Shown piece by piece: positions 8,868-15,909 of a stretch of DNA of 64,000 bases. Where the stretch lies: the IMG/VR virus record IMGVR_UViG_3300027804_003127. One strand, 5' to 3'. The translations under genes and the position numbers were made by a program. The stretch's first letter is position 1. Each line of letters opens with the position of its first letter. The notes under the pieces were generated by a model. It did no database searches, was not told the DNA's origin, and worked only from the letters and a program-made list of their open reading frames with translations. The stretch is from a virus.

Positions 8868-9095
8868 ATGGACGAATACGATGACTTCATCATCGGACCT
8901 CAATGCGAAGAGTTGTCCATCTATGTTGGCTACAACATCATGGACGAGGACGCTTGTGAGATTGATTGGTGCGTCGATTGTTGCGACGACGACGACGACG
9001 ACGACCATGACGACGACCATGATGGCGACCATGACGCGCCAAACCCACAATCCCCGCCCCCGAATCCCGAAAACGGGAGCGGGGTTAGGGTGTAA
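8868..9095 (+). CDS. very acidic Asp/His/Cys-rich small protein
   Basis: A GAC-repeat tract encodes DDDDDDDHDDDHDGDHD. Confidence 0.6.
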   Translation: MDEYDDFIIGPQCEELSIYVGYNIMDEDACEIDWCVDCCDDDDDDDHDDDHDGDHDAPNPQSPPPNPENGSGVRV

Positions 9096-9125
9096 GCGGG
9101 ACAATCCCGCAGAAAGGTTGGTGCG

Positions 9126-9449
9126 ATGACTCAAGCAGAACTCATCGCGAAGGTAGGGTTCGGATGTGGTGGTGATCGTGAAGAAATCCTGTTCCGTGCA
9201 GGGTATCGTCCGATCAGGTGGTCGCCGTTCAACCGCGACACGAAGGAGTTTGTGTCGTGGACGCGACTCGACCGCTCCGCAGAGGAAGAGGGAATCGCCT
9301 TCTGGCGTTCGCGCGAACTGCGGTCAGGATCGCGCCACTACCTTTCCACCTCCGATGCCACCATGCGTGGCGAGGACGGAAGTGGATGGACGCGCACCCG
9401 CGCTCTGCGGAACGCAGATGCGCTCCGATGGGAACGCGCAAGTCGGTGA
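9126..9449 (+). CDS. hypothetical protein, paralog of 12188..12469
   Basis: Shares GFGC.GD..E...RAG.R.IR.SPF and FVSWTRLD. Confidence 0.8.
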   Translation: MTQAELIAKVGFGCGGDREEILFRAGYRPIRWSPFNRDTKEFVSWTRLDRSAEEEGIAFWRSRELRSGSRHYLSTSDATMRGEDGSGWTRTRALRNADALRWERASR

Positions 9450-9537
9450 ACAGCAATAGGGGGGAAGGGAGAGGCGAAGCCTCTCCCTTCCCCCCTCTCT
9501 TCCGAAACCCGAAAACGGGGAAAGAAAAGGAAAAACC

Positions 9538-9702
9538 ATGAAAACAATCTTCTTGCTTACGATCACCCTGCTCGCCGCATTCGCATTCAACGCTGGCATC
9601 ATGTGGTGCTGCGTTGAACTGTTCGGATGGAATCCCGCGATCATCGCTGGCGTGGTGGGAATGGGTCATGCTGCGAATGCTCTTGTGAAGAAACCAAAGT
9701 AG
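9538..9702 (+). CDS. 54-aa membrane peptide (not in ORF track)
   Basis: MKTIFLLTITLLAAFAFNAGIMWCC..., AAGGA SD. Confidence 0.65.
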   Translation: MKTIFLLTITLLAAFAFNAGIMWCCVELFGWNPAIIAGVVGMGHAANALVKKPK

Positions 9703-9794
9703 CACCGCACACCGCACACCGCACACCGCCCCCGAAACCCGAAAACTGGGACGCGGTTAGAGCGTAAGCGGCACAGCCGCAGAAAGGTGGTTCG

Positions 9795-9959
9795 ATGAAC
9801 AAGGGAATCCAAGACCAAGCGCGTCGAGCCAAAACGCTGGCTTGGCAGCGTGCGCGCGACATTCGCGCTGCGGGACGCATTGCGCGACCCGCTACTTGGG
9901 GCGGCAAGCCAACCGCCAAAGAGTCTCGCCGCGCATGGAATCAGCGCGGAGAGCATTGA
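9795..9959 (+). CDS. 54-aa Arg/Ala-rich basic peptide (not in ORF track)
   Basis: MNKGIQDQARRAKTLAWQRARDIR..., after the leader. Confidence 0.65.
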   Translation: MNKGIQDQARRAKTLAWQRARDIRAAGRIARPATWGGKPTAKESRRAWNQRGEH

Positions 9960-10036
9960 AGCACTCCAGCCCCCGAATCCCGAAAACTGGAACGGGGTTA
10001 GGGCATCAGCGGCACAGCCGCAGAAAGGTTGCGAAC

Positions 10037-10423
10037 ATGAGCATCAGCGCATGTCACATCAGCCGTGACGAGAATGAGGTCGCAGCGGAAATCGCCGCTG
10101 CAACGGCGAACATCCTCGCGGATTCGTCCGCTTGGATCGTCCTGACCCAAGTGATGGAGAACTACGGCGCCCATGCTTGGGATGGCAAGGGTGAGTGTCC
10201 GCAGTATTGGAAGGCGAAGGGCGGCAACGAGTATATCGTTCGCGGTTGCCGCACACACATCGAGGCTATGAGTCTCGTCGCCTCGCGCATGAGCAACAAC
10301 CATGCGTGGAGGGAGTTCCCCGTTGGCTCGCTCGAGCCTGCGGAGTGGATCAAGGACATCGAGGACTACGATGCGTCCTACAAGGCGCATCTCTTGAAGG
10401 GGATTCAAGAGATCAAGCGATAA
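10037..10423 (+). CDS. conserved phage hypothetical protein
   Basis: ENYGAHAWDGKGECPQYWKAKGG motif. Confidence 0.8.
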   Translation: MSISACHISRDENEVAAEIAAATANILADSSAWIVLTQVMENYGAHAWDGKGECPQYWKAKGGNEYIVRGCRTHIEAMSLVASRMSNNHAWREFPVGSLEPAEWIKDIEDYDASYKAHLLKGIQEIKR

Positions 10424-10553
10424 CCTTTCCGAAGAGGGCGCGCTCCGCAAGGGGTGCGCCCTCTTTGTTTCGTTGCTCTTCCCGCTCCCGAAACCCGAAA
10501 ACTGGAGCGGGGTTAGGGCGTAAGCGGCACAGCCGCTAGAAAGGTTGACGAAC

Positions 10554-10676
10554 ATGGAAACTGTGCTCCAAGTCTGTTCGTGGATCGTCCTCACGGGCGT
10601 TGCCATGATTTGGCCAGGGTTTGCCCTAGTTTGTCTCGACTACATCGTTCAAGGGTTGAGGCGGCACAGCCGCTAG
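10554..10676 (+). CDS. 40-aa membrane peptide (not in ORF track)
   Basis: METVLQVCSWIVLTGVAMIWPGFALVCLDY..., after the leader. Confidence 0.6.
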   Translation: METVLQVCSWIVLTGVAMIWPGFALVCLDYIVQGLRRHSR

Positions 10677-10690
10677 AAAGGTTGACGAAC

Positions 10691-10876
10691 ATGGATGAGA
10701 AGATTCGTGAACTGACGGATCAAGTGCAAAAACTCCTGAAGGAGAATGAAGATCTCCGAGGGGGAGTCGATGAGAGAGTCTGTGACCTTGTTGATGAGAA
10801 CAAGGATCTCAAGAGACAACTTGAGAAGGCGCGTATTGAGCGCGACCTACTCATGCGGATCGTGAAAGGCGCGTAG
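10691..10876 (+). CDS. small coiled-coil protein
   Basis: Heptad pattern; preceded by a duplicated leader. Confidence 0.7.
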   Translation: MDEKIRELTDQVQKLLKENEDLRGGVDERVCDLVDENKDLKRQLEKARIERDLLMRIVKGA

Positions 10877-11035
10877 TACGCGCGCATACTACACGCTCCC
10901 GAATCCCGAAAACTTTGCGGCTCGACTTGCATCGGTCGCGCCGTGCATTGCACGAAACACTCCAACCCCCGAATCCAGAAAACTGGAGCGGGGTTAGAGC
11001 ACAAGCGGGACAATCCCGCAGAAAGGCAGATCAAC

Positions 11036-11509
11036 ATGGACAAGAACAAGCAGATTCAGGGACTCGCATCCGTCATCGCAACGAACCCCGCTCGCGCGGA
11101 GTTCGCGTCGTCGCTGCTCGCCGCGCTCGTCAAGGGCAGCGCGTCGGAGAAGCAGGTCGAGTGGATCGACCGCCTCATTGACGAGGCGCAGAACCCTGCG
11201 CCCGTGGTTGGCGATCTCGCCGCTCTCATCGAGGCGTTCCGCGCCTCGAAGGATCGGTTCCCCAAGATTCGGGGAACGGTTGACGGGATCGAGTGGACGA
11301 TCTCGTACACGCCCCGCGACAGCGCGAAGGCGAAGCCCGAGAATTGCGACACTTGCAACATCGCATCGGGCAAGTTCGGGCAACCAGACAATCGGTTCGC
11401 GGGGCGCATCCTCGCGGACGGGAGTTTCAAGGGGGGACGCGACCTGACCCCCGCAGTCGCGGAGTGGATCAAGTCGGTTGCGGAGAACCCGCAGCCGAAG
11501 GGCAAGTAA
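11036..11509 (+). CDS. hypothetical protein, paralog of 4128..4499
   Basis: Direct sequence similarity; follows the leader. Confidence 0.8.
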   Translation: MDKNKQIQGLASVIATNPARAEFASSLLAALVKGSASEKQVEWIDRLIDEAQNPAPVVGDLAALIEAFRASKDRFPKIRGTVDGIEWTISYTPRDSAKAKPENCDTCNIASGKFGQPDNRFAGRILADGSFKGGRDLTPAVAEWIKSVAENPQPKGK

Positions 11510-11631
11510 ATCGCAGGGGGCGCGCTCCACAAGGGCGCGCCCCTATCTGCGTTTCAATCCCCGCTCCCGAATCCCGAAAACTGGAGCGGAGTTAGAGCGT
11601 AAGCGGCACAGCCGCAGAAAGGTTGGCGCAG

Positions 11632-11865
11632 ATGAAGGGACAGAACATGACGCTCGCCCAGCGCATCGCTTGGGCGAAGCAACTCAAGGCGCGCGAGGCG
11701 AACGCTCGCGCCGAGGCGGAGGCGCGCGCAGCGCGCATCGCACAGCAGCGCGAGGTCGCTGCGTCGGTCGCCGCCCACACCTATCAGGGTGGGTCGGGCG
11801 ACTCGCTGGGGTTCCTCATGCACCTCGCAGGGGTGCAGGGGGCGTCCTCGAACGCCCATCGCTAA
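11632..11865 (+). CDS. Ala/Arg-rich helical protein
   Basis: ORF after the leader. Confidence 0.65.
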   Translation: MKGQNMTLAQRIAWAKQLKAREANARAEAEARAARIAQQREVAASVAAHTYQGGSGDSLGFLMHLAGVQGASSNAHR

Positions 11866-11954
11866 CCGCAGGGGGGCGCGCTCCACAAGGGCGCGCCCCT
11901 ATCTGCGTTTCTCTCCCCGCTCCCGAATCCCGAAAACGGTAGCGGGGTTAGAGC

Positions 11955-12062
11955 AGTAGCGGCAAGTGTCGTTCGCAGGTAGAAGCGCGCCCCTAGACGC
12001 GCAGCACGCTACAGCGAACGGCAGGGTTCAGCGTGAACCTTGTGCCGTCAAACATAAACGCC
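11955..12062 (+). ncRNA. candidate three-way-junction RNA cassette
   Basis: No SD-led ORF between repeat copy 26 and the next hairpin. Stems 11959-64/12043-48, 11967-76/12014-23 and 12024-30/12034-40. Confidence 0.55.
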
Positions 12063-12187
12063 GCAAGGGGGCGCGCTCCGCAAGGGGCGCGCCCCTATCT
12101 GCGTTTCTCTCCCCGCTCCCGAATCCCGAAAACGGTAGCGGGGTTAGAGCACAAGCGGGACAATCCCGCAGAAAGGTTGGTGCGCCC

Positions 12188-12469
12188 ATGAAGAGCGCAC
12201 ACGAACTGACCAGCCGAATGGGATTCGGCTGCAACGGCGACCACCGAGAGGTCGCCTATCGCGCGGGCGTCCGCGCGATCCGCCTCTCCCCGTTCGATGA
12301 CGGGGAGGGTACGCCGATCCACGATTTCGTGTCGTGGACGAGGCTCGACTCCCTCGCCGCGAGCGAGGGAGAGGCAGTAGCCTCCGCTTGGCGCATCCGC
12401 GCCGAGCGGGGTGACGGCACGCGCCAAGCCGTGCCAACAATCTTCGGCAAGTTGCCGAAGGGCAAGTAA
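12188..12469 (+). CDS. hypothetical protein, paralog of 9126..9449
   Basis: Direct sequence similarity and the same leader subtype. Confidence 0.8.
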   Translation: MKSAHELTSRMGFGCNGDHREVAYRAGVRAIRLSPFDDGEGTPIHDFVSWTRLDSLAASEGEAVASAWRIRAERGDGTRQAVPTIFGKLPKGK

Positions 12470-12592
12470 ATCGCAGGGGGCGCGCTCCACAGGGGGCGCG
12501 CCCCTATTCTGCGTTTCTACTCCCGCTCCCGAATCACGAAAACTGGAGCGCGGTTAGAGCGCAAGCGGCACAGCCGCTAGAAAGGACAGAAC

Positions 12593-12835
12593 ATGACTGA
12601 AAAGGTTGAATGGACGCGCGAACGCGCGATCGCGCTGCTCTCGATGATCGAGAGCAACCACCCCGACCTGTCTGAAAAGACGGGTTGGGAAGATGAGAAC
12701 TGTCAGGTCGCCTATGTGGGCGGCCTGTTGTGGGCAGCCGCCCACGATGAGGCTGACCTCGACGGCCTCAAGTCGCGCCTCGCGCGCGCGCAGGCCGCAC
12801 GCGCCGCAAGGCGAGCGCGGTACGCAAACTGCTAA
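12593..12835 (+). CDS. hypothetical protein
   Basis: ORF after the leader. Confidence 0.7.
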   Translation: MTEKVEWTRERAIALLSMIESNHPDLSEKTGWEDENCQVAYVGGLLWAAAHDEADLDGLKSRLARAQAARAARRARYANC

Positions 12836-12957
12836 CAGCAAAGGGACGCATCCCACAAGGGTGCGTCCCTTTGCTGCGTTTCAACCCCCGCTCCCGAATC
12901 CAGAAAACTGGAGCGCGGTTAGAGCACAAGCGGCACAGCCGCTAGAAAGGTGGTTCG

Positions 12958-13326
12958 ATGGAAGTTGTGATTGTCACGCGCCACGCGGCGCTGGTGCAGG
13001 TCCTCGCAGAGGACCATGGAATCACGGGTCGCGTCGTGGAGCACGCGCTCCCGACCGACGTGATCGGAAACATCGTCATCGGCGTGCTGCCGATGCACTT
13101 GGCTGCGAAGGCAGCCAAGGTCGGGACGCTCGTCCTCGACCTCCCCGCAGATTTGCGGGGAAAGGAGTTGACTGCCGCCGAAGTGCGGCAGTATACCACG
13201 AACCTTGAGTGGTTCGTGGTGAGGACGGAGGTCCAGCAGCAGTGGCTGCTGGACGACAGCAATCAGGCTGGCCTGCAGGGTTCGCTAGGTCGACTGGCGC
13301 AGGACATGGCTCCTGCGTCGGTGTGA
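12958..13326 (+). CDS. csx16: Csx16-like (Cas_VVA1548 family) protein, putative ring nuclease
   Basis: VTRH, VVEH, VIGVLPMHLAA and LDLPADLRGKELTAAE match the Csx16 pattern SRH...VIGTLPVHLAA...L.LP...RG.EL. Confidence 0.7.
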   Translation: MEVVIVTRHAALVQVLAEDHGITGRVVEHALPTDVIGNIVIGVLPMHLAAKAAKVGTLVLDLPADLRGKELTAAEVRQYTTNLEWFVVRTEVQQQWLLDDSNQAGLQGSLGRLAQDMAPASV

Positions 13327-13375
13327 GAATAGGGGCGCGCTCCACAGGGGGCGCGCCCCTATTCTGCGTTTGTTT
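13327..13375 (+). terminator. GC-rich hairpin family closing cassettes (last copy)
   Basis: GAATAGGGGCGCGCTCC-ACAG-GGGGCGCGCCCCTATTC followed by TGCGTTTGTTT. Related copies at about 8247, 10431, 11513, 11868, 12063, 12473 and 12837. Confidence 0.75.
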
Positions 13376-13673
13376 GGATGCGTCCAAACCAGCAGCGTCA
13401 ACTTGACCCAAGCGAGAGAAACGTTTAAACGCATACCCCCCACCTGGGGGTCTTTTTATAGGTAAAAACTGGCTGCTGGGGGATACCTTACGGGCTTCTG
13501 CGTTTGTTGTAATTTATGATGGATAAAAAAAAGGGGGGGTGTGAAAATTGAAATTTTTAATTATGAAGAAAAGGGATACCTTGGTGAATTGGGGTATTAA
13601 TGACATTATGAATTGATAGAAGGCGTTTAGCAGGTAATGCAATGATATGTAAATAACAAGGAGTAATGAGCTC

Positions 13674-14717
13674 ATGCAGGGTCAAATAAGCAAATCTTTA
13701 TTAAACAATGTTTGTGAAATGTGCAAGAATAGGGCAGTACAGGCAGCAGAAGGCAACGAGTATGCCATGTCTAGGGTTAAAAAAATTCCTAGTATTAGCA
13801 TACTTGGTGAAACAGCCAAGGACATTGACACAGTAAAGCGTTATTGCAATATATTTCTTGATGTTCTTAGAAGTTCTGGGATAGAGGAGTCTTCTATAAA
13901 AAGACTTTTTTTCAATGGTGGAGAGACAGATCCCGAATATCTTGACAAGGCCATGGGATGGAAATCCACTCCTTTTGTTTATAAACCTAGGAGAGGAAGA
14001 AATGAGAATCATACGAACACGAAACGTAAAGATAGCTTTAATTTTAGAAATCTTGTTGACACAGACTGGGGGAGTTACAGGGCAAATGCCATGAGGCATT
14101 ATGAAGAAGGTCTTTCTGACTCTACTGCTAGTAATAAAGATATTTTTATAAAGATGAGTAAAAAAGACTGGCTAAATATTGGTTTCAATTCTGGATGGCT
14201 AAAGGAAGGAGCAAAGCTTGAAGAAGGCGGCAAAGACATGGGGGATGTTTTTGGAGATGCGGACACAGAGCTTGACAGTAGCGGAAACATCGCTGAGTTT
14301 TCCCCATCAAGCGCAGAGAATATTGAATACACAATCGAATGGCTCAAGCCATACGTTAAAGATGATGTAATGAAGAAAATGATGCGCTATGAAAGAAGCA
14401 TAGCAAAAAATAAAAGTCTCAAGCATGACTTAAGCTCTATGGGTATTAAGGGTTTCGATAAGAATTTTTCCGACATGCCTCCTTATAGAATCATTGATGA
14501 AATAAACTCTGGAATATATCTTGCTACAGAGGAATTATGTGAAGAGGAAAATGCAGATGAATCGACGCCGTCATCTTTGACAAGCGATTCCTACTATTGC
14601 AAAGGAATGCTTGAAGATAATCCTCAGTTTGAAAAAATGAAGTACACGAAACATCACACCACATTAATGAGAGAAACAAAGAATTACTTTATTGAATTGA
14701 TAAAAGAAAGCGATTGA
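13674..14717 (+). CDS. hypothetical protein with internal tag-2 motif
   Basis: 347-aa ORF containing IKMSKKDWLNIGFNSGWLKEG. Confidence 0.75.
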   Translation: MQGQISKSLLNNVCEMCKNRAVQAAEGNEYAMSRVKKIPSISILGETAKDIDTVKRYCNIFLDVLRSSGIEESSIKRLFFNGGETDPEYLDKAMGWKSTPFVYKPRRGRNENHTNTKRKDSFNFRNLVDTDWGSYRANAMRHYEEGLSDSTASNKDIFIKMSKKDWLNIGFNSGWLKEGAKLEEGGKDMGDVFGDADTELDSSGNIAEFSPSSAENIEYTIEWLKPYVKDDVMKKMMRYERSIAKNKSLKHDLSSMGIKGFDKNFSDMPPYRIIDEINSGIYLATEELCEEENADESTPSSLTSDSYYCKGMLEDNPQFEKMKYTKHHTTLMRETKNYFIELIKESD

Positions 14718-14988
14718 TAAAATATTAAATCAATTTGCGTACGAGTGGGCAAAGGAATGAATTAAAGCGATCCTCTCCAGTTCATGGTGAATGTTGTATC
14801 AAGTAAAATGATGCTGTCAAAAAAGCTCCTCAACAATTGGTGAGTAGAGTTTTTATAGTCTTTGGGGATGGGGGGGATACCTTATGGTGGTATAATATTA
14901 TAATATTATAAAAATGCAAAATGGGGGGAAGGGGAATACCTTATTGATTATTATATAAATATATAAAAATTGGGGGGTACATAAGAAA

Positions 14989-15393
14989 ATGGTGGATAAG
15001 AACTCCGATTCTGTTGAAGGTCAGCTTATTCAGTACGGTATAGAGATAGGATTCCTTATATCTGGCTTCTTCGGTGCGCTTCTGATGGTGTCGAAGACTG
15101 CTTCCCAGAGGATAGGGCCTACGATTGCGTCGCTGCTTGCGGGCACTGCGTGCGCCAATTATCTTACTCCAGTGATAATGAACGTGATGCCTGAGAGCAT
15201 AAGGGGCCAGGGCAAGTATGCTGTTGCTTTCATGATGGGTTTTATGGGACTGAAGGGCCTGGAGATAGTCATAGACAAGTTCATGAAGGTGAAGAAGGAA
15301 GAAAATGGGGAAAATACGATCTCCAGGACGAAGAGGGTTCCTGGTCGCAAGTTGACTAGTAAAAAGAGGGCTGCAAGAAGGAGGGAGAAATGA
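14989..15393 (+). CDS. putative holin-like membrane protein
   Basis: Three hydrophobic segments and a basic C-terminal tail. Confidence 0.55.
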   Translation: MVDKNSDSVEGQLIQYGIEIGFLISGFFGALLMVSKTASQRIGPTIASLLAGTACANYLTPVIMNVMPESIRGQGKYAVAFMMGFMGLKGLEIVIDKFMKVKKEENGENTISRTKRVPGRKLTSKKRAARRREK

Positions 15394-15728
15394 GCTTTGT
15401 GATGTTGGTGAATCTGCTGGCGAACTGCGTGCTTACGGTTGCATTCGGTGCGTTCCTGATATTCCTGTTCGGCAGGGAGAACTCGTTGATACACAAGATG
15501 AAGGCATGCAACACGATATTTGTGAAGATTGCGCTGAGCATGTGTGCCTCTGGTGCCTTGTACAATGTGCTGACGCTGAGTGATCCTCCTTTGTCCGAGC
15601 TGGTGTTGAATGTGGGAATTGCTATGCTTTTCGCGTGGTCTGCTTACTTTCACTACATGAAGTTTGTGAAGCCGCTGAAGTCAAAGAAGGTAGTTGTGAA
15701 AAAAAAGCGGATTAAGAAGGTATCTTAG
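15390..15728 (+). CDS. membrane protein (about 3 TM, basic tail)
   Basis: Hydrophobic segments and ATGA coupling. Confidence 0.65.
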   Translation: MSFVMLVNLLANCVLTVAFGAFLIFLFGRENSLIHKMKACNTIFVKIALSMCASGALYNVLTLSDPPLSELVLNVGIAMLFAWSAYFHYMKFVKPLKSKKVVVKKKRIKKVS

Positions 15729-15742
15729 ATGGAGGACTGTCT

Positions 15743-15898
15743 ATGCAGTACAAGATGTCGAGGGCGGAGTGGGAGAGGGTTGGTATGAAGGCTGGCTGGC
15801 TGAAGGAGTCGAAGGCTGGCCAGTGCTGGAGCGGTTACAAGATGGTTGGGATGAAGAGGAAAGGGAAGAGGCGCGTTCCTAATTGCGTGCCTAAATAA
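15743..15898 (+). CDS. 51-aa tag-2 peptide with CWxGYK...VPNCVP module (not in ORF track)
   Basis: MQYKMSRAEWERVGMKAGWLKESKAGQCWSGYKMVGMKRKGKRRVPNCVPK, GGAGG SD. Confidence 0.8.
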   Translation: MQYKMSRAEWERVGMKAGWLKESKAGQCWSGYKMVGMKRKGKRRVPNCVPK

Positions 15899-15909
15899 GG
15901 AGATTCTGA

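Larger units (their letters stand above)
523..12957 (+). repeat. Dispersed cassette-boundary element, about 29 copies, consensus CCCCGCTCCCGAAWCCMGAAAACKGGAGCGGGGTTAGRG
   Basis: The CCCGAA core starts at about 523, 1246, 2092, 2967, 3537, 4548, 4838, 5059, 5505, 6018, 6252, 6651, 7147, 7455, 7760, 8298, 8799, 9059, 9501, 9731, 9972, 10487, 10898, 10968, 11566, 11922, 12118, 12528 and 12893. All copies are in the same orientation, and most lie 25-70 nt upstream of an ATG. Confidence 0.97.

Noticed and set aside
4870-12062. Non-coding cassettes as tRNA or hammerhead ribozyme
   Set aside because: No TTCRA T-loop or cloverleaf with CCA, and no CTGAnGA/GAAA core, was found. I recognised no tRNA or rRNA anywhere in the window.
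523-12957. Repeat array as a CRISPR array
   Set aside because: Spacing is irregular (70-900 bp), the intervals are genes with SDs, the repeats are degenerate, and there is no cas1/cas2 or effector operon.
523-12957. Canonical integron attC cassettes (GTTAG.. after the repeat, TAAC at some stops)
   Set aside because: There is no IntI in the window, GTTRRRY and RYYYAAC are only sporadically satisfied, and the unit folds as two separate hairpins rather than one R/L-box stem. A non-canonical recombinase elsewhere is not excluded.
1-13400. GC-rich part as host chromosome flanking a prophage
   Set aside because: It has no housekeeping genes, integrase or att site, and its genes are typical small phage accessory ORFs. 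A mis-assembly at the junction cannot be excluded without reads.
382-13411. Many minus-strand and alternative-frame ORFs sharing LTPLQFSGFG, RNPKTG or PNPENG peptides
   Set aside because: These are shadow translations of the DNA repeat in GC-rich sequence. They lack SDs and overlap better-supported + strand genes.
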